From Marsupella aquatica (taxonomy: Eukaryota; Plantae; Marchantiophyta), in contig OZ316891.1 in assembly GCA_973895155.1 (NCBI GenBank), positions 16,290,148-16,354,147 on the forward strand: 64,000 bases of DNA, given 5' to 3'. The position numbers were made by a program, and so were the translations under genes. The notes beneath the pieces are model-generated. The model worked only from the letters and a program-made list of their open reading frames with translations. It was not told the DNA's origin and made no database searches. Shown piece by piece: positions 40,604 through 51,471 of this stretch (its first letter is position 1; each line of letters begins with the position of its first letter).

Positions 40604-43600
40604 TGTGGTGCGTCCCATGGCTCCCTAAACCCAAGAAACCCCCCAGCTCAAGCCGATTCCCGCAGGTTTCGTGCTTGGCGAGGCCGTTTCCGCAGCTTAG
40701 CGGCATGGGACGCTGCTAACCTTCTACTACTACTATTAACATTTTACACACATATACTGGACAGATCCTTCATCGGGTCATGAGATACGTAGCCGGCCTA
40801 ATATAGGCCTTCCCCTGTCTTCCCTTGTCTTCCCCTCCGTCTTGTTAGGTATGTTTGGATTCCGCCGCCGGAATGATCCCCAATAGGCTTGGTTAAGCCG
40901 CTAAGACCTCTCTCAGCTCGACACATCCAACTCTCACTCCCCTGCTTACTTTCCTTCCTTCTGTTGATGTGGGCACTCTTCACACAAGTTAATGCGACAC
41001 ACAAATAGCAAAATGACTCATTCTGACTGAGTCATACCATGCACTTGCCATACAAACAGTACATCTCATACACAAGTTCTGCGAACTAAGCCGTGAGGCC
41101 AACTCTATTCAGCTCTTAGGCATGAGGAAACATGAATATACACAAGGGTCACTGTATGACTAACCGAGAGCTTCTCGTACTACTTGATCCCAGCCCGGCT
41201 GGTGCAAACTAAAAACTTGCTAAAGAAGAGGCCCTGAGCTCCCCGCTGCCCAGGTACTTATCCTGGTAGTGGATCCGCTATTCTTTGCATCGTAAGCCTA
41301 ATCTACTTAACAGTAATCTACTTGCCCGAATCTACCTATGTACAGCAAGGCAGGAGCACAAGTGTTGCTCCTACCAGTGGGACCGCAATCCCACTAAGCT
41401 AAGTGTCAGGGCCGCTCCTGGTTCTGATCCTAATCCTAAACGTGGAGATCCGCGCCCGCCCTGCCCACTCACGCCTCCTCCCTCCACGTCCGCCCTCCCT
41501 AAAAGGAACGGCGCCCTTGCACCGTCACGACACCGGTGGTGGATCCTCAATGGACGCCCCCAACACTTCCTCCTCAGCCACTGCCGTTGGCCCGCCTACT
41601 GACAGATTACCTGCCCTTCACCGAGTCAACTCTCCATCGGCCTGACTGGGTCCACCTTCGGCTTCAGCCTCGACACCGGCCTCGGCAATACCCACGGCTT
41701 CGGCCTCAGCCACTCCCACGGCTTCGGCTTCAGCCACTCCCTCGGCTTCGGCCTCCCCTTCCCCTAGGGTAGTTGGATCCTTAGCCGTGACCCTGTCTGG
41801 GGTCGGTGCTGGGTCTACCTCCTTGATCACCACGGCCTGTGAAGTCGTATTACTCCTTGACCCTGAAGGTTTCCGCTTCTTCTTCGTTGGTGGCTCGGCA
41901 GCTGGTCCCTTCCCCTTCCCACTTACTTCCGGCACTGGTGCAGGTGGCGCGGCTTGTCCTTCGGCAATTACCACCCCTGGTAACTGGTTTGTCCCAACGG
42001 GAGATGGACCTGCTGCAGCTAAGCATTTAAATACTGCGGCTTGTTTCTTCAGCCGCTCTGTTTGGTTGTCGGCCCGCCGCTGTAGGTTCTCCATCTTCCT
42101 CGTGATTTCCTCCAACTCCTCTTGGGTTTCATCCAGGTCCTTACGTGCCCCCTCCAGCTCGTTTTTGGCCTCCTCCTGCTCCCTGTGGGCTTCCTCCAAT
42201 TCCTTCTTCAAGGTAGCCCTCTCCTCCTGGGTTGCTCTTAGCTCCTTGTCGAGCTCTGCAATGATGACAGACTCCATCTGGTTCATCTTGGCGTAAGTCT
42301 GTTCGAGCATCTCGTCCTTCTCCCTTAGGTCGGCCTTGAAGCTGGCCGTCAGGGACGCAAGCTCCTGCTGCAGCGCCATAATCCCTTGATAGGATTTCCC
42401 TAACTCGACCTCCTTCTGCTCAAGGGCTCCGCGGATTTTCTCGAGCTCCCCTTTCAACGCCCATTCCTTTCTTTGGGTCTCCGCCATGGCCCGGCTGTTG
42501 GCTGTTATGTGGGCCTCCTCTGTATTCTTCAGCTCTTGCTTCCACTTCTCCCTCTCTTTGATCGTGTCGGCCAACTCTTCCTGCGTCTGAGTCAGTTTAT
42601 CCTTGATATTCTGATTATCAGCCTGCGCGGTGTCCAACTGCCCCTGCATGATGTTCAGCTCATGTCGTTTAATCCGCAGTTCATCTTGGGCTTTCTTGGC
42701 CGCCCTTAGATCTTCAATCTCGGCTTCCATCCTCCTAAGCCGCCAAATGACCTCGTCCTTCTTGCTTCTCTCTAAAGCCACCGCTTCTTCTAATTGGTGC
42801 TTCTCCAACTGCTCCCTATGGAAAAAGGGTCCTACCTCCAACTCCTCTCCAAAGATGCCGTGCGCAAGTTCCCCACACATCTCACCATACTCCATGGCTC
42901 TATTCTTAGCGTAGGTGGAGTAAGTAGAAGTGATCGGCATCGCCCATCGTGGCCTCTGCTCCCAAGCCGTCCTGCGGATCTCTTCAATCGTGGCTAGAGG
43001 TTTGCTTCCTTTTTCGGCTAGCCGCCTGATGTCCTCCGGCCAATCTCCTCCTGGTAAATCCTTTTCCTTAGCCAAGGCGGCCTCTTCCTCCTGCTTGATT
43101 CGCTCCTGAAATTCCTGCACCATCTGTTTTATGCCGTCGAAGCTCGGGGGAGCAACATCTGGTGGGGGAGACTCAGGGCTACTCTGCTGGTTGGGGTCCC
43201 CTCGCACTACCCTTGGAAGTGTGGGGACAAACCGGCCACAGGTCCTTACTCCTGGAACGTGATGGTCCGACCCATAGCCGGAATTATCATGGCTGCAGTC
43301 CTCCACTGCCTCCTCTACCTCTTGGACGTCCGGCTTCTCCCTCTCCTCTTCCTCGGTAGGAGCTTCAGGCAATTCTGCCTCAGATTCGGAGCTTGAGGTT
43401 CCCACGTACATTCGAACACCTGGCTTGGATTCCGGCCTGATTCTCTTCTTGTCTCCAGCAAAGGGGTTTTCTCTTGTGAGCCGGTGTAGGCCTACCTCTG
43501 TAGTAGTGTCCTGCATTGTTGCCGTTGCCGTTGTTGTTGCCGATGCCGATTTCTTTTCTTTCTCCAGTAGTTTCAGCAGACTCTGCATGCCTGGTTGCTG

Positions 43601-45263
43601 CATCGGCAAGTCTTCCTTCCTGGGCCTAAACACCTGCTCGATCATAGGACTAACAGGTGGTTGAGGCTTCTCAGCCAACGGCCTCGGCGTTGGAGCTTCC
43701 TCCGGTGCCCTTACCTGCAGGGGAAGTACCGGGGCAAAAGTCTGACTTCTGGCATACCGGCACAACAGCGGCATGTGATAGCCAAGCCGCGACACGCTCC
43801 CCATGCCGATTACCTGCTACTCCTCCTTTAAGATCTTCTTCAATTGGTTGAGGAGGTACCCGTTGTAGTCCCGGCTTGGGTCTGGCCTTTCTGCCAGATA
43901 GACCTGTGCCTTGCCGATCTCTGCCCTCGGCAAGTTACAATGCATGGTCACCCGCAAGAAGTCGATCATCTCTCCTATGTGCGGGTTGGTGCAGGTGTTC
44001 CGGAAGAAGCCATTCTTCGTTGATGGCCCGGGGAACGACCGGAACTCCTTGTCAGGCAAGGTCTTCCTGGTATCAACTTTGGTCTTATTGCCTATCGGCA
44101 AGCCAAACACTTCGGCAATTACCTTGGGAGTAAGATAGAAATCCTTCCCATATATCCTCGTGCAATTGGTCTCGGGTTCCCATGACCCCACGAATTCTAA
44201 TAGGTCTGACTCCGGTACCTCCGGCTTCAGCCATGGTAATCTTACAAAGGCCTCCAAGCCGGATCCGGCCATGAAGCCTTGGTACTTCTTGGTCTGCATG
44301 GCCGTAAAGCATGCATCCTCCTCCCGTGCAAAATGTAGTTGCACCTCCACCGGTAGGGTTGCCGCCCAGCCCTTCCAGGTGTCATCCCTGGTTGGAATGG
44401 CCTTGATGGGATCGACCTCCTCCTCTTCGGCTTCTCCCTGCCTCCTGCTTTGCTGCTCGGCTGGCTTCTTTGGTGCCGCCGACCTTGTTCTTTTTGCCGG
44501 GGTGGCTTCATCGTTGACGGCTCCCTTCCTCTTCATCTCTGCTGCCGTGGAGGTTTCTCCTAGCACCGTTGCCTGGGTCCACCTTTTCGTGCTACCCTTT
44601 AATTCCCAGTGTATGTCGTTGCAGTTCTTGATGGCCTCTCGGATGCCGACGACGCTGTCTTTGCAAAACAGAAGATCGTCGAGTTGATTGGAAGTAGGCG
44701 TCCACAGGAACTCGTCCTTGATGAGTTCGCCTCCTAAGAAAGCCGTCTTCTGCAGCTCCCACAATCGAGCGAGCTCCTGCCGTTCTCGAGCTGCCCTTTT
44801 TGACTCCTCGTCCTCGTAAGTCTTGATATACTCAGTTGCCCGTTCGAACAGGCATCCCCAGAAATGTGCCGCTTGATTGACGTTGCTCATACCCTCCTTA
44901 GGTCGATCGTCGGTATCTATTCTCTCCCCGAGTGCTTGCCTAAGCAGCTGACAGTAGTTGGCCTCCCGTAGTCGTCTGCCTAGTTCGTGCTCGCAAATGA
45001 GCCACCATCTCCTGCAAGCGCTCCTTACCCCTCTCCTCTGCCGGTCCTTCTTCCCGTTGATCCTTCCTAGCCGCCGACGCTTAACGCGCCCTAACCCTAA
45101 TCGGGTTTTCACCCTTAGCCTTACCTCCGGCCTCGGCCCGGGTTCCATGGTTGCCCCTAATTGTTCATATTTTCCTTGTTTTGTCACTATACTAAGGTGT
45201 TCCTAGGGTGCCTTCCTGCTTTACCCACTTAACCGGCCGAGTGATTCCTGTCTAGGCATCACA
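40604..45263 (-). repeat. 3' LTR (4660 bp)
   Basis: Near-identical to 51472-56121 apart from one 10-bp indel and roughly 14 substitutions counted by eye; preceded by the PPT. Confidence 0.97.
41618..45187 (-). pseudogene. LTR-encoded ~1180-aa protein (Athila-ORF1/Transposase_32-like core plus long coiled coil), 3' LTR copy; one CAG>TAG at 43817
   Basis: ORFs 43817-45187 and 41618-43804 are in one frame. First ATG at 45148 in ACCATGG context. The other LTR has Q at this stop. Confidence 0.85.
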
Positions 45264-48200
45264 TAGCTCCCCACTTAATTGTGAAGCGTCCTCGCGAACA
45301 ACTTCATCTTCGTCCATATAGTATTTCTTGAGGCGGTCATAATGGATGCGAACTGGATATACCTCTCCCGTAATGTTGGCCAATTGTACGGAGCCATTGG
45401 GGAACATCATGGTTACTCTAAAGGGTCCTAACCAGCGAGTGTAAAGCTTTCCTGGAAACCTACTATACCTATTGTCATAAAGTAGCACAAGATCACCGGT
45501 ATGAATACTAACTACTTTTAACCTTTTATCATACTGCTGCTTCATGATATTCTGTCTATATTCTACTCTCTCGGCTGAAATCATTCTCGCTTCCTCTAAA
45601 GCTTCTAACCTATATTCTCGCTCCTTTAGGCTCTCCTCCGCTGAGGCTCTTTCCTCAATTGTAACTTGAAATGTCGGTATCTCAAGTTGCATGGGTACCA
45701 GGGCTTCTTGTCCAAAGGTTAAGAAGCCCGGTGTATGACCGGTAGTGGATTTATAGGCAAGATTGTAAGCAAAAACAGCAGCAAACAATTTATCATCCCA
45801 ATCGAGTTTGTTCTGAGCTACTGTCTTGTTCAATATCTTTCCTATGATTCCGTTTGCTCGTTCTGTCAACCCGTTTGCCTTTGGATGGTAGGGAGTAGTA
45901 GGCCTATGTTTAACTAAATACTGCTCATTTAAACGACTAATTATATCATTCAAAAAATGGGTTCCTCTATCACTAACTAATTCTAGGGGTGCTCCATACT
46001 TGGTGAAGATCTGCTCATACATGAATCTAGCCGTAGTAATTGCATCATCCTTCGTTGTTGGTCTGGCCTCTACCCATTTAGTTGCATAATCCGTAGCTAG
46101 GATTATGTACTTGTTCCGTCGAGGGTGGGTCAGTGGTTTCAGAGGTCCAATGTAATCAATACCCCACTTCTCGAATGGTGCCAGAGGTAGAATAGGGTGC
46201 AGTGGATGCCTGGTGGACGCCCTTGGTCCTCCCGCTCGTTGACAAGGATCGCATTGTTTGATAAACTGATAGACATCTTTGTGCAAGGTGGGCCACCAGT
46301 AACCGGCATTTAATATCTTCTTAGACGTGGTTACTGGGGCAAAATGTCCTCCGGCCTCCTCTCCATGCATGGCCCGTAGGACTCGTTTTACCTCTCTCTT
46401 TTCCAAACATCTTTGAATCGTGCCGTTGATTCCATGCTTGTGCAGTATGCCTTTAATGCACTGATACTGTCTGACCTTCCGCACAAAGACTGCGGCTTGC
46501 TCTCGGCTTAATCCTGGCTGTAATCTGGAAGTGCTGAGAAAATGTAAAATCTCAGGGTACCATGTACCAACTATTTCCACAATGAATAGCTCCTCGTCGG
46601 GGAATCGATCATCGATGCAATCCGTGGCAGGTTTACCTGTGATCCTTGAAAAGAAGTCGGCATTGGCATGTAACTTTCCCGGCTTGATCCTCAGCTCATA
46701 GTCAAACTCCTGTAATAGCAAAATCCATCTTGCTACTCTGCCTGTAAGGTCCGGCTTATTGACTAGGTACTTCAAACTTTCATGATCAGTATGAAAGATT
46801 ACCTTGTACCCTAGTAAATAATGTCTAAACTTTTTACAAGAATAAATGACTCCTAATGCTTCTCTTTCCATGGTAGAGTAGTTCCGTTCGGCATCGGCAA
46901 GCTGACGGCTTGCGAAGTATATGGGATGGTCCTTTCCTTTCTCATCCAACTGACTTAGTACTGAGCCAATACAGAAGCCCGAGACATCTACAAAAACATA
47001 AAAATCTTTGTTCCAGTCCGGTGCTATCATGACTGGGGCCTCTACTAACATCTGCTTCAATTCTACCACCGCTGTGACTCGTTCGGGTGTGGGTTCGAAG
47101 TCTGCTCCTGCCTTGAGCATATTGGTTAATGGTAAAGCCAGCTTGGCAAAATCCTTGATGAACCGGCGATAGTAACCAATGCATCCCAAGAAGGATCTTA
47201 CATCCTTTATGTTCGTAGGTTGCATGATATCTAGCCATACTGCTAGCTTACCTTTGTCAATCTCAATGCCCTTCCTTGATACCTTGTGACCTAGTAGCAC
47301 CCCCTCGGTTACTGCAAAAAAACATTTATCTGAGTGTAACTTGAGACCCACCTCTCTACATCTCATGAAGGTTTTCCTGAGGTATTTAGCATGTTTCGAT
47401 GCCTTCCCGAATACTGCAAAGTCATCAATGAAGATTTCCATGAACTTTCTCAAGTAATCATGAAAAATGTTCACCATTAATCGTTGGAACATAGCTGGTG
47501 CGTTGCAGAGTCCAAACGGCATACGATTGAAGACATAGATCCCCCATTCCGTGATGAAGGCCGTCTTGATTTGGTCTTCCTGCCGAATCCTGATTTGGTT
47601 ATAACCAGAGTATCCATCCATGAATGAATATAGTTCATGACTGGCTACCATGTCTAGTACCATATCAATAAACGGTAAAGGAAAATGGTCTTTTAATGTT
47701 GCTTCATTCAGCTTCCTGTAATCCTGACAAACCCGGATCTTGGGTTTACCATCGGGTCCAGCTTTCTTGGGAACTATCACAATTGGAGACACCCAGTCTG
47801 AATGCAGGACTGGAGTGATGAATCCAGCTTCCACTAGTTTGTCGATTTCTGTTTTGACCAACAGGGAATACTTCGGGTTCATCCTTCGAATTGGTTGTCG
47901 AAATGATTTGGCTCCTAACATGAGATCAATTCGATGTTCCCCTAGTGTTGGATCTACTCCCTTTAGATCTTGGTGACTCCATGCAAACACATCCTGAAAT
48001 TCAATCAATAAGTCACTGATCTCTTTCTCGAGCTCAGGTGCTAGGTTTCTCCCTAAGTTCAGTTCTCTTCCCTCTCCTAAGTCGAGCTTCCGATATTGCC
48101 GTGCTTGGATCATATTAATCTGCTTCTTCAAATTCGGGTCCAGTTCGGCTTCCAGTCTCTCTAATCTCATACCTCCATAAACTGGGATCTCGGCTGGACT

Positions 48201-48518
48201 AGCCGAGTCGGTCCCTTCCTTGGTGTCCATAGATTGTCCCCTTATCGGTCTATTCGGTTTTGAATTAGTGGTCGGCTCCCCTTCCTGCCTTGGCTCTAGA
48301 TCGTGTCTGTCCATCTCATCCACCTCTTGCTCCTGAGAGTTAGGCCGCTGTGCTCTCTCGGCTTCTAATAGGGCCTCAATTTGTTCTGCCCTCGTAATCG
48401 GCTTGTATGCCGATCCCTTGGTATTTAATTCCTTGCCGATGATCGATGGCGTTGTGGACCCCGTCGGCTCTGCCACAACGCCTGCAGAAAATCCACTGTC
48501 CCTGCTACTGCTCCCCAC
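45252..48518 (-). CDS. pol: pol: reverse transcriptase, RNase H, integrase (uninterrupted 1088-codon frame)
   Basis: WVSPIVIVPKK, DYRKLN, KDHFPLPFID, DGYSGYNQI, MPFGLCNAP, FIDD, YFASR...ERNYS, HHCC (H...GGH...CDPC), WGIDY, SDRGTHF, NGLTER, WLGPF. Confidence 0.95.
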   Translation of the reverse strand: MGSSSRDSGFSAGVVAEPTGSTTPSIIGKELNTKGSAYKPITRAEQIEALLEAERAQRPNSQEQEVDEMDRHDLEPRQEGEPTTNSKPNRPIRGQSMDTKEGTDSASPAEIPVYGGMRLERLEAELDPNLKKQINMIQARQYRKLDLGEGRELNLGRNLAPELEKEISDLLIEFQDVFAWSHQDLKGVDPTLGEHRIDLMLGAKSFRQPIRRMNPKYSLLVKTEIDKLVEAGFITPVLHSDWVSPIVIVPKKAGPDGKPKIRVCQDYRKLNEATLKDHFPLPFIDMVLDMVASHELYSFMDGYSGYNQIRIRQEDQIKTAFITEWGIYVFNRMPFGLCNAPAMFQRLMVNIFHDYLRKFMEIFIDDFAVFGKASKHAKYLRKTFMRCREVGLKLHSDKCFFAVTEGVLLGHKVSRKGIEIDKGKLAVWLDIMQPTNIKDVRSFLGCIGYYRRFIKDFAKLALPLTNMLKAGADFEPTPERVTAVVELKQMLVEAPVMIAPDWNKDFYVFVDVSGFCIGSVLSQLDEKGKDHPIYFASRQLADAERNYSTMEREALGVIYSCKKFRHYLLGYKVIFHTDHESLKYLVNKPDLTGRVARWILLLQEFDYELRIKPGKLHANADFFSRITGKPATDCIDDRFPDEELFIVEIVGTWYPEILHFLSTSRLQPGLSREQAAVFVRKVRQYQCIKGILHKHGINGTIQRCLEKREVKRVLRAMHGEEAGGHFAPVTTSKKILNAGYWWPTLHKDVYQFIKQCDPCQRAGGPRASTRHPLHPILPLAPFEKWGIDYIGPLKPLTHPRRNKYIILATDYATKWVEARPTTKDDAITTARFMYEQIFTKYGAPLELVSDRGTHFLNDIISRLNEQYLVKHRPTTPYHPKANGLTERANGIIGKILNKTVAQNKLDWDDKLFAAVFAYNLAYKSTTGHTPGFLTFGQEALVPMQLEIPTFQVTIEERASAEESLKEREYRLEALEEARMISAERVEYRQNIMKQQYDKRLKVVSIHTGDLVLLYDNRYSRFPGKLYTRWLGPFRVTMMFPNGSVQLANITGEVYPVRIHYDRLKKYYMDEDEVVREDASQLSGELCDA
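45264..45275 (-). other. Polypurine tract AGTGGGGAGCTA, inside the pol coding sequence
   Basis: Immediately precedes the TG of the 3' LTR. Confidence 0.8.
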
Positions 48519-49783
48519 TTAGCCGTTTCATCCAATTGGTCTACATCCTTTACTTCCTCCGGAATTGCAGCTAAAAAGGTGGATTCTATTGTAAAGCAGT
48601 CCTCGACCTCTTCGTCTTCTTCTTCCAAGTCACCTTCCATTGGTTCTTGCCATAATCCACTGGGGGGTACCTCTGGTCCAAAGACACCTTCTTCGGTTAG
48701 GTTAGTGAGGCATTCTAACCAACGTACTTCATCGGCTGACTCCAGTCCACTATCGTACCCATCTACTTCCCTTATGCTTTTCCTACGGTCATCCTTAGTG
48801 TCCCAGGATACCGTGATAGAGGGGGTCCCGAAAGTGAACTGCTTTTTACCCCAATCTTCTATTACCTCGGCTAGGTACAGCCATGGCCTACCAATCAATA
48901 GCCGGAATGACGTAGGATTTACCGGCTTCATTACTACATAGTTAATGCTAAAGAAGATACCTCCTATCTCTGTCTTGATGCCGGTTAACACTCCCGTCGG
49001 AATGACCTGATATCCATTGGCCATGTTCAACACTCTTCCAGTCATCTCCGGTGTTAGACCCCACCCTTTTGCTGTTGAATCAATCATAATACATACCCCT
49101 GATCCTCCATCGATGGGTACCCGTAGTAATAATTCTCCTTGAATCATTAATGGTAATGCTGGGGCTCCTTGATCTTCTTCTATCATTAGTACGTCGGATC
49201 TGGTTGCTACCTTGGGTAATCTCGGCTTGCCGAGAATAGCCTTCCTTAATTGCTTCCGGAAGTACGGGCTATTTTTCAATAGTTGACCTACTGTTGCCGA
49301 GACTCTAGATTCTAGTACATCTTTAGCCAGGTCATAGGGAACAATCGGCTTCTCTTCTGGTGGTGTTTCCGTCTTGGATTCGGCCAGTTTTGCCACGCTA
49401 GTCTCCACAGCTGTTGGGTCTTCCGAAGCAAACAATGCTTTTGCTCGTTTTACATCCTTGGCAATGGCTTCGGTATTCTCCAGGGTTTCTAATTCTCTTA
49501 GTTGTTCCTTAACACTAGCCGTAACAGAGGGGTAGAACAACTTAGGATGATCTCGATTGAAGTCGCTATCTTGTGAAGGATTGGTTTCACTGGTGGGCTC
49601 ATGGCTTACCTGTATTGCCGGAGCCCTCCCTTCTCCTTCTGTTGATGTTGACGAAGAGTCGATCCTTTCCTCCGTAACCTTCCCTTTATTTTTGGCCAGC
49701 CCATCCCACCTTTCCTTCCTTCTGGTAGATCGAGTAGAGACCCGGTAGCAATCATGATCTAAATCCTCCTCTGAGAAGGTTGA
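48425..49783 (-). CDS. Aspartic protease region
   Basis: VPIDGGSGVCIM active site, LLIGRPWL; frame open from ~49783, including YRVSTRS. Confidence 0.85.
   Translation of the reverse strand, partial: STFSEEDLDHDCYRVSTRSTRRKERWDGLAKNKGKVTEERIDSSSTSTEGEGRAPAIQVSHEPTSETNPSQDSDFNRDHPKLFYPSVTASVKEQLRELETLENTEAIAKDVKRAKALFASEDPTAVETSVAKLAESKTETPPEEKPIVPYDLAKDVLESRVSATVGQLLKNSPYFRKQLRKAILGKPRLPKVATRSDVLMIEEDQGAPALPLMIQGELLLRVPIDGGSGVCIMIDSTAKGWGLTPEMTGRVLNMANGYQVIPTGVLTGIKTEIGGIFFSINYVVMKPVNPTSFRLLIGRPWLYLAEVIEDWGKKQFTFGTPSITVSWDTKDDRRKSIREVDGYDSGLESADEVRWLECLTNLTEEGVFGPEVPPSGLWQEPMEGDLEEEDEEVEDCFTIESTFLAAIPEEVKDVDQLDETAKWGAVAGTVDFLQALWQSRRGPQRHRSSARN
48435..48494 (-). promoter_or_regulatory. Putative -1 programmed ribosomal frameshift signal between protease and RT
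   Basis: G GAT TTT (48494-48488) in the PR frame, 5-nt spacer, perfect 10-bp stem GGCGTTGTGG/CCACAACGCC; pol is in the -1 frame. Confidence 0.75.
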
Positions 49784-51402
49784 TCATCAGATGGTACGAA
49801 CTCTTCCTCGGCATCCTCTTGCCATCCTAGTTCGATGTGGTTGATTTGAACTCCTCCGGGGGTAGTACCTGGCAGTAAGATCTTGATCGGCAAAAGCTTA
49901 TGATTTGCGGCCAGGCCTGCCAACCAAGTAGGACATTGCCCTAGCATATGACCTTCCTATCGGCATCCCATACATAGCTGAGCTGGTTGTCCATCACCCT
50001 CTTTGCGTGCATTCGGGCATTCTCTAGCAAAATGGCCAGGTTGACCACAATTATAGCACGCCGCAAATCTTTGCACATTCGGCCTAGGAGGTACTGACGG
50101 GTTCTGAATAATCCGAGGATACATCTCTCCTGGATTGTTCCTTAACCCTGACCACAGAGATGCAGGTTTGTTGGATAGGTCTCGTGCTCCAGTCTCACTG
50201 ATGCCGAAAACACTATCAGCGGCATCTCCTAAAAAGTACTCTACTTCTCCCTGACATGGTCTGATCTCGGCCACATGCCGAACATGATTAGTATTAAGCT
50301 TAGGACACGCATCTTTATGGTGTCCGGTTTTATAACATAAGGCACACCATACAGAGCTATCCTCCTGTACTACCTTCTTCTTTGGTTTTACCTCTGCAAT
50401 GATAGCCTTAAGTTGCTCGGTAAGGGCTACGATGTTATCTGGTGGCTTAGCCTCCATCTTGACTTTCGTCTTCCCTCTCCTTCTGCCCTTCCTTTTCCTA
50501 GTTTTTTCTTCTTCAGAACTAGAAGATGACTCACTCTTGCTACTCCCACTATTCGAGCTTGACTTATCACTTCTAGACTTCTTGGAATGTTTCTTCTTCT
50601 TATCTTTTTTCTTATGGGGTGATCCCTCCTCTGATGAGGAACTCTCAGACTTAAGCTGTTTCTTCCGGCTTGTGATATCTGCATTAATGTATAATTGAAT
50701 ATCCTTAATTGCTTCGGCTAAAGTCTCCGGGTTCTCCTTCCTAATTGCAAAACTCATCTTCTGTGGCAAAGCATTCACCAACCATTGAAGTTGCATACCT
50801 TCAGATGCATTGGTCTTTGTACGTCTTACCAGTTTCTGAAAGCGTTGCAAGAACTTCCTGAAGGATTTGTTCTCCTTGAACCGAAGTTGTCCCAACTTCA
50901 GCACTGCTAGTTCTGAAGTTCCAATGGGTCGAAACTCCTTAACAAAGAGTGTTTTGAAGATATCCCAGATGGCTTGATCTTCCACATCTAATGCTCTGTA
51001 CCAAGGCCTAGCCTCACCCTTGAACAGGCCGGGAAGAATCTGCATCTTGATGGCCGATTCTCCATTTGCTGCAGCGGTTCCCTCGAAATCATCCAACCAT
51101 TCGTCCGGATCCTCATCTCCTCTCCCATGAAATGCCTTGTAATGTATGCGCGACCGCTGGCTCAATCTGGTCCCTGGCCTCTCGTCTGGCCGTGCCTCTG
51201 GTTCCCCCATGTCGGTTGGAGACTCACTTCTCCTTACCGACTCTTCTTCTGGTATGTCTTCTTCGACGCCACTTCCAGTTTCGGAGCTACCAGCTCTTTC
51301 TGCCCCTCTCAGTCGCTGTGTATCATGCCACCCGGCGAGCTGCTGCAGTCGAGCTCTCTCCCGTTGAATCACTCTTTCTTCCCTCGGCGTAAGGTCAGTC
51401 AT
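49759..51402 (-). pseudogene. gag: gag with three CCHC knuckles; in-frame TAG at 49957 inside the third knuckle
   Basis: FHGRGDEDPDEWLDDFE capsid motif; CALCYKTGHHKDAC, CYNCGQPGHFAREC, CMGCR*EGHMLGQC. Confidence 0.9.
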
Positions 51403-51448
51403 TACCTACGCTTCCGTTCTAACTTCATATCTCACGGCTTAAGAAATG

Positions 51449-51467
51449 CCCCCTCCATCTAGCGCCA
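51449..51467 (-). other. Primer-binding site TGGCGCTAGATGGAGGGGG
   Basis: TGG start 4 nt after the 5' LTR end; cognate tRNA not identified. Confidence 0.75.
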
Positions 51468-51471
51468 AAAA

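Noticed and set aside
45088-45100. CCCTAACCCTAA as an interstitial telomere
   Set aside because: Only two units, present in every LTR copy within the ORF; at most a telo-box.
41285-45206. Many plus-strand ORFs over the LTRs and LINEs
   Set aside because: Antisense shadows of the minus-strand coding frames; Ser-rich with no motifs.
49957-49959. Programmed stop-codon readthrough in gag
   Set aside because: The stop lies inside a CCHC knuckle and fits the CAG>TAG decay pattern.
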